Assembly: GCF_014280175.1 (NCBI RefSeq)
Contig: NZ_CP047931.1
Location: 2,040,001-2,072,000, forward strand
Direction of reading: 5' to 3'
Length of the DNA stretch: 32,000 bases
Origin: Synechococcus sp. A15-28
Lineage (GTDB): Bacteria > Cyanobacteriota > Cyanobacteriia > PCC-6307 > Cyanobiaceae
This document shows, piece after piece, positions 1 to 9,911 of the stretch (position 1 is its first letter; each line of letters begins with the position of its first letter). The notes beneath the pieces were generated by a model. It was not told where the DNA came from. It searched no databases and saw only the letters and a list, made by a program, of their open reading frames with translations. The translations under genes were made by a program, and so were the position numbers.

Positions 1-570
1 GGAGCCGTGCTCTGGTGGCGAAACCATCAGAACCTGTTCGAATCTCGCCGTCTGCGACGGATCTGGGCTGGGGCCATTGCCCTGTCCTGTTTCTTCACCG
101 TGACGGCCAACCCCAATCAGAGTCTGTCCTGGATGATTCCAGACAGCATCCAACCTTGGATCTACAGAGATCCCGTTGCCCAGCTCCGCCATGGCCAGAG
201 AGCCCTTGATCTGATCAAGACCATTCCGGATCGCAGCACAGTCGCAGCCACCACAGGCCTGATCCCCCACCTGGCCAATCGCGAAGTTCTGATCCGCTTT
301 CCGTACCACGATCGTTATCAGAACCAGGACGGCCAACCCTTTCCAGTGGATTGGGTTGTGGCCGATCTCCACAACCAGCGCCTGTTCCAGACATTCCGCA
401 AACAGCGCCGAGGCCTGAAACGCAATCGCCGCAAGCTCGACGACCTCATCCGACAGGGGTATGGCGTTAAGGCATTTGACGATGGCGTTGTGCTGTTGCA
501 ACGGAAGGGTCAAACCGATGCAGCCGCACAAAAGAAATTCAGAGCGTTTTCTGAATCATTGAATGTCTGA
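1..570 (+). CDS. C-terminal part of a DUF2079-like predicted membrane protein (5' end outside window)
   Basis: Frame is open from base 1 (GAVLWWRNHQNLFES...) to a TGA at 570. Residues such as DRSTVAATTGLIPHLANR and DWVVADL fit the DUF2079 family. The GTG at 7 is probably internal. Confidence 0.6.
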   Translation, partial: GAVLWWRNHQNLFESRRLRRIWAGAIALSCFFTVTANPNQSLSWMIPDSIQPWIYRDPVAQLRHGQRALDLIKTIPDRSTVAATTGLIPHLANREVLIRFPYHDRYQNQDGQPFPVDWVVADLHNQRLFQTFRKQRRGLKRNRRKLDDLIRQGYGVKAFDDGVVLLQRKGQTDAAAQKKFRAFSESLNV

Positions 571-585
571 GTGGGTCAATCCAAT

Positions 586-622
586 AAAAAAGCCCCCCCG
601 GGACGGGGAGGCTTTGAAAAAA
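586..622 (-). terminator. Rho-independent terminator for psbD, possibly bidirectional
   Basis: Inverted repeat AAAGCC(T)CCCC...GGGGGGGCTTT flanked by a T-run on the minus strand and a shorter one on the plus strand. It sits just past the psbD stop at 640. Confidence 0.75.
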
Positions 623-639
623 CAATTTGAACTTCGAAA

Positions 640-1695
640 TCAGAGGGCGTTGCCGCGGGGCAGAACCTCTTCAGGGAAGACGAAGTTTTCGTGCGGCTGG
701 TCAGCCGGTGCCATCCAGGCACGCAGTCCTTCATTAAGAAGGATGTTCTTGGTGTAGAAGGTCTCGAATTCGGGATCTTCTGCAGCGCGGATTTCCTGTG
801 ACACGAAGTCATAGGCGCGCAGGTTGAGGGCCAGGCCGATGATGCCGATGGAGCTGGTCCACAGGCCCATCACAGGAACGAACAGCATGAAGAAGTGCAG
901 CCAGCGCTTGTTGGAGAAGGCGATACCGAAGATCTGACTCCAGAAGCGGTTGGCGGTGACCATGGAATAGGTCTCTTCTTCCTGCGTGGGCTCGAACGCC
1001 TTGAAGGTGTTGGCCTGCTCGCCGTCCTCAAACAGGGTGTTTTCCACGGTGGCGCCGTGAATGGCGCAGAGGAGTGCACCGCCGAGGATGCCGGCGACGC
1101 CCATCATGTGGAAGGGGTTCAGGGTCCAGTTATGGAAGCCCTGGAGGAAGAGAAGGAAGCGGAAGATCGCAGCCACACCGAAGGAGGGCGCGAAGAACCA
1201 GCTGCTCTGGCCGAGGGGGTACATCAGAAAGACACTGACGAACACCGCGATCGGACCGGAGAAGGCGATGGCGTTGTAAGGGCGGATGCCGACCAGACGG
1301 GCGATTTCGAACTGACGCAGCATGAAGCCGATCAGCGCGAAGGCGCCGTGCAGGGCCACGAAGGCCCAGAGGCCGCCGAGCTGACACCAGCGAACGAAGT
1401 CACCCTGGGCTTCAGGGCCCCAGAGCAGCAGGAGGCTGTGACCCATCGCATCAGCGGGGGTGGACACAGCGGCGGTGAGGAAGTTGCAACCTTCCAGGTA
1501 CGAGGAGGCGATGCCGTGGGTGTACCAGGAGGTGACAAAGGTGGTGCCTGTGAGCCAGCCACCGATGGCCAGATAGGCCGTGGGGAAGAGAAGAATGCCG
1601 GACCAGCCGACAAAAACGAAGCGGTCGCGCTTGAGCCAGTCATCGAGGATGTCAAACCATCCCCGCTGAGGCGCGCGTCCTACAGCGATCGTCAT
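640..1695 (-). CDS. psbD: Photosystem II reaction center D2 protein
   Basis: Full 351-aa D2 sequence ([33 protein letters not shown]... ending [10 protein letters not shown]). No psbC follows, so this is a stand-alone psbD. Confidence 0.98.
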   Translation of the reverse strand: MTIAVGRAPQRGWFDILDDWLKRDRFVFVGWSGILLFPTAYLAIGGWLTGTTFVTSWYTHGIASSYLEGCNFLTAAVSTPADAMGHSLLLLWGPEAQGDFVRWCQLGGLWAFVALHGAFALIGFMLRQFEIARLVGIRPYNAIAFSGPIAVFVSVFLMYPLGQSSWFFAPSFGVAAIFRFLLFLQGFHNWTLNPFHMMGVAGILGGALLCAIHGATVENTLFEDGEQANTFKAFEPTQEEETYSMVTANRFWSQIFGIAFSNKRWLHFFMLFVPVMGLWTSSIGIIGLALNLRAYDFVSQEIRAAEDPEFETFYTKNILLNEGLRAWMAPADQPHENFVFPEEVLPRGNAL

Positions 1696-1703
1696 GAGAA
1701 AGG

Positions 1704-1741
1704 CGCTTCATGAAGCGTTACACCACGAGCTTAGGTGGTGT
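1704..1741 (-). promoter_or_regulatory. psbD 5' leader with two adjacent inverted repeats
   Basis: Perfect 14-nt palindrome CGCTTCATGAAGCG (1704..1717) next to ACACCAC-N8-GTGGTGT (1720..1741), directly upstream of the psbD ATG. Function not shown. Confidence 0.45.
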
Positions 1742-1859
1742 TTTCCGTCCTGGAGCAAGAAATCCGAACCAGAGCGAAACGATGGGTAGAAATGCTCAGG
1801 CCTGAACAGTCAGGGGCGCTGCCGAGCCGCGAGAATATCCATAGTGTGAACCAAAAGCC

Positions 1860-2123
1860 GTGTACGTCATCGAACTGGCCCTGCGCATGAGCCCCGTCCC
1901 GGTGTCGGTGCAACGCAAGGAGGCCGAGGCCGCTGAAACCCTGTACCAGCAGATCCGGCAAGCCCTGGAAAGCGGTCAACCGCGCCTGCTGGAACTCACC
2001 TGCGAGAAAGTGGAAGGCAAGAAGGTCACCCTGCTGATCAGTGAGGTTCTCGCCGTTCAGCTTTATGAGAAGACTGCTGCAACGGGTGGCAGCAAGCGCC
2101 CCGGCTTCTCCTTTGACTCCTGA
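1860..2123 (+). CDS. UPF0367 family conserved cyanobacterial protein
   Basis: 87 aa beginning (GTG) [32 protein letters not shown], typical of the family. Confidence 0.8.
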   Translation: MYVIELALRMSPVPVSVQRKEAEAAETLYQQIRQALESGQPRLLELTCEKVEGKKVTLLISEVLAVQLYEKTAATGGSKRPGFSFDS

Positions 2124-2802
2124 GACCGCGACCGCAGAACTTCGGGTCACAAGACTGAGTCATCGCTGGGCCAACGGCCAGACGGTTCTCGACGATTGCA
2201 ATCTCGTCATCCCCGGTCCAGGCCTGTGGATGCTGGTCGGGAGCAATGGCAGCGGCAAGAGCACCCTGTTCCGCCTGATCGCAGGCCTGATCGAACCGCA
2301 ATCCGGATCGATCAGCACAAGTCATCGATCCGCCCTGGTGTTCCAGAACCCGGATCATCAACTGCTGCTGCCGAGCTGCAGCAGCGACCTGATCCTTGGA
2401 ATGGATCCGGATATCGGCAGCAGCGAACGCCGCGAACGCGTCCGCCGGCGACTGGAGGACCTCGGCCTGGCAGGTCTGGAGCACCGACCGATCCATGCCC
2501 TCAGTGGCGGACAGAAACAGCGGCTGGCCATTGCCGGAGCCCTGGCCAGCGAGGCGAGCCTGCTCCTGCTGGATGAGCCCACAGCCCTGCTCGATCCGGA
2601 CTCTCAGACCAGCGTGCTCGCTGCCGTACGCGAGCTCTGCGGGAGATCCGAGGCTCCCCTCACGGCTCTGTGGATCACCCACAGATTGGAAGAGCTGGCC
2701 TGTGCCGACGGCGCTGCGCATATGAGCGACGGCAAAGTTGGCCCATGGATGTCAGGAACAGATCTGCAACGACGCTTGCAGCACGGGAGCTCTGACAGGT
2801 AA
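2065..2802 (+). CDS. ABC transporter ATP-binding protein (energy-coupling-factor/CbiO-like)
   Basis: Walker [10 protein letters not shown], signature LSGGQKQR, Walker B LLLLDEPT. The start is uncertain: GTG 2041 or ATG 2065, both overlapping the preceding gene. Confidence 0.85.
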   Translation: MRRLLQRVAASAPASPLTPETATAELRVTRLSHRWANGQTVLDDCNLVIPGPGLWMLVGSNGSGKSTLFRLIAGLIEPQSGSISTSHRSALVFQNPDHQLLLPSCSSDLILGMDPDIGSSERRERVRRRLEDLGLAGLEHRPIHALSGGQKQRLAIAGALASEASLLLLDEPTALLDPDSQTSVLAAVRELCGRSEAPLTALWITHRLEELACADGAAHMSDGKVGPWMSGTDLQRRLQHGSSDR

Positions 2803-2818
2803 GTTCTTCGGGAGCCAT

Positions 2819-2890
2819 TCCTCGGTAGCTCAGCGGTAGAGCGGTCGACTGTTAATCGATTGGTCGCAGGTTCGAATCCCGCCCGGGGAG
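2819..2890 (+). tRNA. tRNA-Asn (anticodon GTT)
   Basis: 72-nt cloverleaf: acceptor TCCTCGG/CCGGGGA, anticodon loop CTGTTAA, T loop GTTCGAAT. Discriminator base is G. Confidence 0.96.
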
Positions 2891-2894
2891 CTAG

Positions 2895-2923
2895 AAAGCC
2901 ACAGCGTTTGCTGTGGCTTTTTT
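2895..2923 (+). terminator. Rho-independent terminator after tRNA-Asn
   Basis: AGCCACAGC-GTTT-GCTGTGGCT followed by a T-run. Confidence 0.9.
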
Positions 2924-3169
2924 ATTGACAAAAAAGGAATTTTCATGACAGGGGATTGCCTGAAGCGGAAGACTTCCTGAACAGCCGCCTCACCGCAACC
3001 GACGCATAAAAGCCAAGATCGATGGCAGCGCAATGGGTTTCAGGGGTTATCCCGAATTTCCTCCCGCAACGCAGAATCTGCAGTCACTCGAAAAGCTTGA
3101 GAGAATCCGTTCAGCGTCGATCACGAAGACCAGCGCTCCGTTTTCTTTTCTTGTTCCGCCACCAGATCG

Positions 3170-3958
3170 ATGAAGCCTTGCATCCTGCTGATCGAAGACG
3201 ACCAGGACATGCGCGACCTGGTGAGTGGCCACCTGGAACACAGCGGCTTTGACGTTCAGCGTGCCGACGACGGCATCAAAGGTCAGGCCCTCGCGCTTCA
3301 GTACACGCCGGATCTGATCCTGCTGGATCTGATGCTTCCCAAGGTGGATGGGCTGACCCTGTGCCAGCGCCTGCGTCGTGACGACCGCACCGCCGGCATT
3401 CCGATCCTGATGCTGACGGCCCTCGGCGGCACCAAGGACAAGGTCAGCGGCTTCAACTCAGGCGCCGACGACTACCTCACCAAGCCATTTGACCTGGAGG
3501 AGCTCCAGGCACGGGTCAAGGCACTCCTGCGCCGCAGCGATCGTGCTCCCGTTGGATCAAGCAATCACAACGAAATCCTCAGTTACGGCCCCCTCACCCT
3601 GGTGCCCGAACGGTTTGAAGCCATCTGGTTTGACAATCCAGTGCGCCTGACCCATCTGGAATTCGAACTGCTCCATTGCCTCTTGCAACGCCACGGGCAG
3701 ACCGTCGCCCCATCCCTGATCCTCAAAGAGGTCTGGGGATACGAGCCGGACGATGACATCGAAACGATTCGGGTTCACGTGCGTCATCTGCGCACGAAAC
3801 TCGAACCCGATCCGCGCAAGCCACGCTTCATCAAGACTGTCTATGGAGCCGGGTACTGCCTGGAGCTGCCCATCGGTGGAGAGTTGGACGACCTTCAGGA
3901 TGTGATCGCCATCGCCCGCAACGACCGCAACCAAGAGAGCGAACGGGCCAGCGCCTGA
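3170..3958 (+). CDS. rpaA: OmpR/PhoB-family response regulator RpaA
   Basis: Receiver domain with DLMLPKVDG and winged-helix domain. Stretches [27 protein letters not shown] and [21 protein letters not shown] match cyanobacterial RpaA. Confidence 0.88.
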   Translation: MKPCILLIEDDQDMRDLVSGHLEHSGFDVQRADDGIKGQALALQYTPDLILLDLMLPKVDGLTLCQRLRRDDRTAGIPILMLTALGGTKDKVSGFNSGADDYLTKPFDLEELQARVKALLRRSDRAPVGSSNHNEILSYGPLTLVPERFEAIWFDNPVRLTHLEFELLHCLLQRHGQTVAPSLILKEVWGYEPDDDIETIRVHVRHLRTKLEPDPRKPRFIKTVYGAGYCLELPIGGELDDLQDVIAIARNDRNQESERASA

Positions 3959-3960
3959 GC

Positions 3961-4902
3961 TCAGTCCCGGCTGGTCAGCTCCAGCAACGCAACTTCCCAG
4001 GCCAGGCGCGGCTGCACGAACGACAGCAACTGACGCCGCAGCGTTTCCAACCGCTGCAGGGGACGTTCGCCGGCCCCACGGGACCAGAGTTGCTGTTGCC
4101 ACCAGTTGATCAGCCACAGCTGCTGCTCACCATCGAGGGCCTCGCACAGATCCCTCGCCAGAGCCAGGGCCTCCATCGGCTTGTCTGGCATCGAGGCCAG
4201 GCGCCCCGTGAGCTCCTCGGGCAATCCGGCGCGCTGACGCCGATGCTCCAACAGGGCACCCGGAGAGCCAGCGGCCATGGCCAGCAGTTCGGGCGGATCC
4301 TGCTCCAGCGCTCCACAGCCCTGCAGCACCCGGTTCAGATCGTCCTGGCCCAGCCGCAGGAAACGAATCAGCTGACAGCGGGAACGGATGGTGCTCAGCA
4401 AGCGCTCCGGTGCCGCCGAAAGCAGAATCAACAACCCATGGCCGGGTTCCTCCAGGGTCTTCAACAGCGCATTGGCCGCGGCCTCGGGCATGGCTTCGAC
4501 CGACTCGATCACCACCATGCCCCGCGCTGCCTCCACCGGTTGTCGTGCCAGGAAGCGGCTGATCGAACGCACCTGCTCCAGACGCAGCTGAGGTGGCGTA
4601 CGGCGGCTGATGCCCGCCTCCTCGGCTTCCTCCCGCGTGAGCAGACGCCCCTGATGCTGAAACGTCGGCTCGACCCAGAGCAGATCTGGATGGTTGCGTG
4701 CCTCCAGCCGCCGGCGCTGCCGCTGCGAGGGTTGCCCCGCCCCGAGCACGCCTTCCAGAAACCGCAAGGCGGCAAACCGCCGACCGACACCGTCAGGCCC
4801 GGCAAACAGATAAGCCGGTGCCAGCTGCTGCCGGTCCAGGCCGGCCGTCAGCAGATCCACTGCCAGAGGCTGACCGATCAGGTCGTCGAACAGGGCCGTC
4901 AT
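3961..4902 (-). CDS. holB: DNA polymerase III delta' subunit
   Basis: AAA+ clamp-loader sequence (LFDDLIGQPLAVDLL...YLFAGPDGVGRR...ANALLKTLEEPG). Start chosen at MTALFDD; the longer 4980 start is unlikely. Confidence 0.88.
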   Translation of the reverse strand: MTALFDDLIGQPLAVDLLTAGLDRQQLAPAYLFAGPDGVGRRFAALRFLEGVLGAGQPSQRQRRRLEARNHPDLLWVEPTFQHQGRLLTREEAEEAGISRRTPPQLRLEQVRSISRFLARQPVEAARGMVVIESVEAMPEAAANALLKTLEEPGHGLLILLSAAPERLLSTIRSRCQLIRFLRLGQDDLNRVLQGCGALEQDPPELLAMAAGSPGALLEHRRQRAGLPEELTGRLASMPDKPMEALALARDLCEALDGEQQLWLINWWQQQLWSRGAGERPLQRLETLRRQLLSFVQPRLAWEVALLELTSRD

Positions 4903-5528
4903 CCCAGCCGGTCCATCAGTTCCTTCTCCAAGGCACGACTCACCGCCTCCGGCGGACGATCGGCGGCAATGGCCGACCATCCGCGCTGCTCAGCAATGAC
5001 CGCAAAGCCGTCGATCACACGCTGCAAAAACTCCTGACCCTCCGCTTCGATGCGGTCGGCCTGAGCACCCTGGCGCCGCCGCAAGCTCTCCTCCAGCGGC
5101 AGGGTCAGCCAGAGGGTGAGATCCGGCTGCAGACCAGCGGTGGCGATCATCTCCAGCTGATCGATGAGCTGGCGATCAAGGCCCCGTCCATGGCCCTGAT
5201 AGGCCAGGGTCGAGCCGGAGAAACGATCGCTGATCACCCAATCGCCCCGGTCCAGGGCTGGACGAATCAGCCGCTCGACATGCTGGGCTCGATCCGCTGC
5301 GTAGAGCAACAGTTCCGCCGTTGGCGCCGGAGCCTGCTCCGCTCTGGTGTGCAGCAGGAGCTCGCGCACCGAGCGCCCCAGCGGCGTCCCCCCCGGTTCC
5401 CGGGTGCTCACCAGGGCAGCGCCATCGGGCATCAGGCCACTGCCCGGCAGCCATTGCAGCAGATGGTCGAGCTGCGTGGATTTGCCGCAGCCATCAACCC
5501 CGTCGAGAACGATGAAGCGACCGCTCAT
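4899..5528 (-). CDS. tmk: Thymidylate kinase
   Basis: [23 protein letters not shown]..., DRFSGSTLAYQGHGRG; 209 aa. Confidence 0.95.
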   Translation of the reverse strand: MSGRFIVLDGVDGCGKSTQLDHLLQWLPGSGLMPDGAALVSTREPGGTPLGRSVRELLLHTRAEQAPAPTAELLLYAADRAQHVERLIRPALDRGDWVISDRFSGSTLAYQGHGRGLDRQLIDQLEMIATAGLQPDLTLWLTLPLEESLRRRQGAQADRIEAEGQEFLQRVIDGFAVIAEQRGWSAIAADRPPEAVSRALEKELMDRLG

Positions 5529-7840
5529 GCCACCCGCAACAACAGGGCATTAAGCACCACCGTGATCGAACTGATCGCCATCAGCAAGGCGGCCAGAGGC
5601 GGAGACAGCAGCACACCCTGGCTCGGCAACAGGGCACCGGCGGCAAGGGGCAGAACGATCAGGTTGTAGCCAAAGGCCCAGAAGAGGTTCTGCCGGACCT
5701 TGGCCAGGGTGCGACGGGCCAGGGTCAACGCCTCCGGCAGGTTGTCGAGGCGGTCACCCATCAGCACCATGCCAGCGCTGTCCTGGGCGATCTGGGTGCC
5801 GGTGCCGATGGCGATGCCCAGGTCCGCCGCGGCCAGAGCCGGTGCATCGTTGATGCCATCGCCCACCATGGCCACCCTCTCCTGTTGGCGCAGCCGCTCC
5901 AGGCGCTGCAGCTTCTGCTCCGGCAGCATCTGCCAGCCAAGATCGACCGCTTCAAAGCCCAGCTGCTGTCCCAACCCCCGCACCGCTGGCTCGCGGTCGC
6001 CGCTGAAGATCGCCAGGGCCAGTCCCTGCTGGCGCAACCGGTCCAGGGCGGGCTCCACATCGGCACGGAGCTGGTCCTCGATCTGCACCAGCCCCAGCAA
6101 CGCGCGTCCATGGGCTACCGCCACCACAGAGCCATCGGCCTGAGCCAGCCAGGTTCTGGCCTCATCGCTGACGGCGACATCGAAGGACTCCAGCCAGTCG
6201 GGACGGCCCACCCGGATCGGCTCAGGCCAACCCGCCAGCTCACCGACCAGCCCCTGTCCGGACACGGTGGTGACCTGCGCTGGCTCCAACAGGGTCAACT
6301 CCCGACGCTGCGCCTCCTGCAGCAGGGCATGGGCCAGGGGATGCCGACTGCTCTGCTCGAGGCTGGCGGAAAGCTGCAGCACCTGAGACGGATCCTCGCC
6401 CCAAACATCGGTCACCAGGGGGCGACCGAGGGTGAGGGTGCCGGTCTTGTCGAACACCACACGATCAAGGCTGGCGGCGGTTTCAATCACATCACCGCCG
6501 CGAAACAGCCATCCCCGTTGTGCGGCAAGACCGGTGGCCACCGTGATCACGGTGGGGGTCGCCAAGCCGAGGGCGCAGGGGCAGGCCACCACCAGCACCG
6601 CGATCGACAGCTGCAACGCCAGACCAACCGGAGAGGTGGCGCCACTGCCGAGGCCGCCATGGTGCATGGCATGGCTGCTGGACATCGGATGTCCCTGGGG
6701 CATGCCTGGCGCTGAGGCCTGCAGCACCTGGGGCCAATGATCGGCACCGAACAACCACCAGAACAGAAAGGTGGCCAGGGCCAGAGCGATCACGCCATAA
6801 CAGAAGCGTCCGGCCACCCGATCCGCCAGCCCCTGGATCGGAGCCCGTCGCGCCTGGGCCTGCTCCACCAGGCGAATGATGCGAGCCAAGGCCGTTTCCG
6901 ACCCAACCCGGGTGACCTCCAGCACGAGTGGAGCATCGAGGTTGAGACTGCCGGCGGACAGCTCAAGGCCAGGCTCGGCCTGCCAGGGCAACGGTTCACC
7001 GGTGAGGCTGGAGGCATCCACCGCTGAATGCCCCTCCACCACCACACCATCCACAGGCACACGGTCCCCCGCCAGCAGCTGCAGCCGCTCACCGGGGCGC
7101 AGTGCTCCGACGCGCACCTCCCGGATGGCGCCATCCGGCAGCACCAGGCGGGCCGTATCGGGTTGCAGCTGGGCCAACTGGTGCAGGGCCTGGCCAGTGC
7201 GGAAACGGGCCCGCTCCTCCAGAAAGCGACCCAGCAACACAAAACCCAGCAGCATCACCGGCTCGTTGAAAAAACAGGGCCAGCCCACCTGGGGCCAGAT
7301 CAGGGCCACAAGGCTCGCCGTGTAGGCGCTACCCACCCCCAGACCCACCAGGGTGTCCATGCTGGGGGCACCCACTCGGGCCGCGGCAAAACCACCCCGA
7401 AGAATCGGTCGACCGGGGCCCAGCAGGGCCACCGTGGCCAGAGAGGCATGGAACGGCAGGCTGCCGACCAGCGGCAAGAACAGGTGACCGGCTTCGCTGA
7501 GGTGACCGAACACCGACAGCAGCAGCAGCGTGAGGGCCACCATCAGTTGACGCCACTGCTGCCACCAGGTCAGCCCCGCCCCCCCCGCCACCGGCCGTGC
7601 CGCCGACGGCTCCAGGGAGCGTTCACGGGCCGGAAACCCGCGGCTGGCCAGGGCACCGAGCACCGCATCCACACTGCCTTGAGGCTCCTCTAAATCCAGC
7701 CAGGCCGCCCGGCTCACCAGGTTCACATCGGCCCGGTGCACCCCCGGCTGCTCCAGCAGGGTGCGCTCCACGGCACGCACACAGCCTCCGCATTTCATCC
7801 CCTCCACATCGAGGACGACGGTCTGGACCGCTGGACTCAC
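5525..7840 (-). CDS. Heavy-metal (Cu-type) translocating P-type ATPase
   Basis: N-terminal metal-binding GMKCGGC, TGE loop, CPC motif ([12 protein letters not shown]), [21 protein letters not shown]; 771 aa. Confidence 0.95.
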   Translation of the reverse strand: MSPAVQTVVLDVEGMKCGGCVRAVERTLLEQPGVHRADVNLVSRAAWLDLEEPQGSVDAVLGALASRGFPARERSLEPSAARPVAGGAGLTWWQQWRQLMVALTLLLLSVFGHLSEAGHLFLPLVGSLPFHASLATVALLGPGRPILRGGFAAARVGAPSMDTLVGLGVGSAYTASLVALIWPQVGWPCFFNEPVMLLGFVLLGRFLEERARFRTGQALHQLAQLQPDTARLVLPDGAIREVRVGALRPGERLQLLAGDRVPVDGVVVEGHSAVDASSLTGEPLPWQAEPGLELSAGSLNLDAPLVLEVTRVGSETALARIIRLVEQAQARRAPIQGLADRVAGRFCYGVIALALATFLFWWLFGADHWPQVLQASAPGMPQGHPMSSSHAMHHGGLGSGATSPVGLALQLSIAVLVVACPCALGLATPTVITVATGLAAQRGWLFRGGDVIETAASLDRVVFDKTGTLTLGRPLVTDVWGEDPSQVLQLSASLEQSSRHPLAHALLQEAQRRELTLLEPAQVTTVSGQGLVGELAGWPEPIRVGRPDWLESFDVAVSDEARTWLAQADGSVVAVAHGRALLGLVQIEDQLRADVEPALDRLRQQGLALAIFSGDREPAVRGLGQQLGFEAVDLGWQMLPEQKLQRLERLRQQERVAMVGDGINDAPALAAADLGIAIGTGTQIAQDSAGMVLMGDRLDNLPEALTLARRTLAKVRQNLFWAFGYNLIVLPLAAGALLPSQGVLLSPPLAALLMAISSITVVLNALLLRVA

Positions 7841-7914
7841 GAGCGCCTGTTCGTTATGGCAACGCTAGGTCGGTTGCTGGCCCCGTCAGGATGGGGGCCT
7901 TCCGCCGGAGCGCC

Positions 7915-8436
7915 GTGCCCCGCAGTAACCGCAACGACAACTTCATCGACAAGAGCTTCACGGTGATGGCGGACCTGATCGTCAAGCTGCTGCCGATCAA
8001 CGCCCGTTCCAAGGAGGCCTACGTCTATTACCGCGATGGCCTCTCCGCCCAGAACGATGGGGACTACGCCGAAGCGCTGGAGAACTACGACGAGGCGCTG
8101 AAACTCGAGGACAACCCCACCGACCGTGGAGAAACCCTCAAGAACATGGCGATCATCTACATGTCCAACGGCGAGGAGCAGCGAGCGATCGAGACGTACC
8201 GCAGAGCCCTGGACGAGAACTCCAATCAGCCGTCCTGCCTCAAGAACATGGGGCTGATCTTTGAGAAGTGGGGGCGGATCGCTGAAGAGGACGGCCGCCA
8301 GGACGATGCCGATCGCTGGTTCGACCAGGCCGCGGAGGCCTGGACCCAGGCGGTGCGCCTCAACCCCGGCGGCTACCTGGACATCGAGAACTGGTTGAAA
8401 TCCACTGGGCGCAGCAACGTCGACGTCTACTTCTGA
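7915..8436 (+). CDS. ycf3: Photosystem I assembly protein Ycf3 (TPR protein)
   Basis: (GTG)[41 protein letters not shown]... with TPRs; 173 aa. GGAG sits 4 nt upstream of the GTG. Confidence 0.95.
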   Translation: MPRSNRNDNFIDKSFTVMADLIVKLLPINARSKEAYVYYRDGLSAQNDGDYAEALENYDEALKLEDNPTDRGETLKNMAIIYMSNGEEQRAIETYRRALDENSNQPSCLKNMGLIFEKWGRIAEEDGRQDDADRWFDQAAEAWTQAVRLNPGGYLDIENWLKSTGRSNVDVYF

Positions 8437-9821
8437 TCCGTCACGTCCTCACCGAGGGCGAGCACCAGGGCCTCGGTGACCCCATCGGCCTCCAGCAGGG
8501 CGAGATCAAGACCGGCGGCCAGCGACCCGAGCCCGCTGCCGCGGGGCACCACCGCCCGCCGGAATCCGAGCCGAGCCGCCTCCTGCAGGCGCAACTCCAG
8601 CTGACCGACCGGTCTGAGCTGCCCCCCCAGGCCCAGCTCGCCGACCAGCACCGTCCCCGGCGGCAGGGTGAGATCGCGAAAACTGGCCACCACCGCAGCG
8701 GCCACGCCAAGATCCGCCGCCGGCTCCTCCACCTCCAGCCCACCGGCCACGGCCAGATAGCAGTCGAAGCGGGAGAGGGGTAATCCCATGTGCTTTTCCA
8801 GCACCGCCAGAATCTGGTGAAGTCGGTTGGTGCCGATGCCCGTGGCGGTGCGTCGGGGGCTGGCGTAGCTGGTGACATTGACCAGGGCCTGCAGGTCCAC
8901 CACCAGCGAGCGGGATCCCTCACAGGCCACGATCGTGGCGACACCCGAGGCACGGGTTTCACTCAGGAACAGCTCGCTGGGGTTGCTCACCTCCTCCAGG
9001 CCCTGGGCCTGCATCTCGAACAGCCCCAGTTCATGGGTGGCTCCGAAACGGTTTTTCACGGCCCGCAACAGCCGGTGACTGGCAAAGCGGTCCCCTTCGA
9101 AGGTGAGCACCGCATCCACCAGGTGCTCCAGAACCTTGGGTCCCGCCAGCATGCCCTCCTTGGTCACATGCCCCACCAGCAGCATTGCCGTGGTCTGGCG
9201 TTTGGCCAGACGCTGCAGAGCGGCGGCACACTCCCGCACCTGACCAACGGAACCGGGTGCACTGGGGAGATTGGCGTCATGGAGGGCCTGGATGCTGTCG
9301 ATGATCGCCACGGCGGGCCGCAGGGCCTCGAGCTCCTCAAGCACCAGGTCCAGATCGGTTTCCGCCAGCAGCTGCAGATCCGATGCCCCTCCGGCGAGCC
9401 GCTGCCAACGCAGCTTCACCTGCTGGGCCGATTCCTCTGCGCTGACGTACAGCACGGAGGTGTGAGCCGCCATGGCCGATGCGCTCTGAAGCAGCAGCGT
9501 GCTCTTCCCAATGCCCGGGTCACCCCCCACCAGCACCAGGGAACCCGGCACCAGCCCGCCTCCGAGCACCCGATTGAACTCTCCGGATCCGGTCTGCAGT
9601 CGTTGAATCGGCTGATCCTCCAGCGAAGCCATCGCCGTGGAGCGTTTCGGCGTCGGCGGTTGCTCCACATCCGGCCCTCGGCGTCGCCGCCGCCCATCGC
9701 TGACCGGCTGCGATTGCTCGACGAGGGAATTCCAGCTGCCGCACTCCGGACAACGCCCAAAGAACTGGCGTGACTGGGCTCCACAGACCTGACAGTGGAA
9801 AACAACGGTGGATTTGGGCAC
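8427..9821 (-). CDS. radA: DNA repair protein RadA/Sms
   Basis: C4 zinc motif [21 protein letters not shown], Walker [15 protein letters not shown] motif; 464 aa. Confidence 0.95.
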   Translation of the reverse strand: MPKSTVVFHCQVCGAQSRQFFGRCPECGSWNSLVEQSQPVSDGRRRRRGPDVEQPPTPKRSTAMASLEDQPIQRLQTGSGEFNRVLGGGLVPGSLVLVGGDPGIGKSTLLLQSASAMAAHTSVLYVSAEESAQQVKLRWQRLAGGASDLQLLAETDLDLVLEELEALRPAVAIIDSIQALHDANLPSAPGSVGQVRECAAALQRLAKRQTTAMLLVGHVTKEGMLAGPKVLEHLVDAVLTFEGDRFASHRLLRAVKNRFGATHELGLFEMQAQGLEEVSNPSELFLSETRASGVATIVACEGSRSLVVDLQALVNVTSYASPRRTATGIGTNRLHQILAVLEKHMGLPLSRFDCYLAVAGGLEVEEPAADLGVAAAVVASFRDLTLPPGTVLVGELGLGGQLRPVGQLELRLQEAARLGFRRAVVPRGSGLGSLAAGLDLALLEADGVTEALVLALGEDVTDQK

Positions 9822-9911
9822 TGCGAACTGTGAAGAAAGTTGCCTTTAGGTGAACGGGACGGGGGTCAGACCTTTTATCTGTGGCGAGAAGAACAAAACG
9901 CCCCAGGCGTC

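Noticed and set aside
895-1713. Plus-strand 272-aa ORF antisense to psbD
   Set aside because: Shadow frame over a conserved gene in GC-rich DNA. Its composition (Glu/Gly/His rich, low complexity) matches no family I recognise.
1717-1724. GTTACACC in the psbD leader as a possible RpaB HLR1 site
   Set aside because: Only one half-site-like match; the second direct repeat at the required spacing is absent.
2830-3033. Minus-strand 67-aa ORF ending GGIRTCDQSINSRPLYR
   Set aside because: Its C-terminus is just the antisense translation of tRNA-Asn, a well-known annotation artefact.
8790-9773. Plus-strand 327-aa ORF antisense to radA
   Set aside because: Shadow ORF; the opposite strand carries intact RadA motifs.
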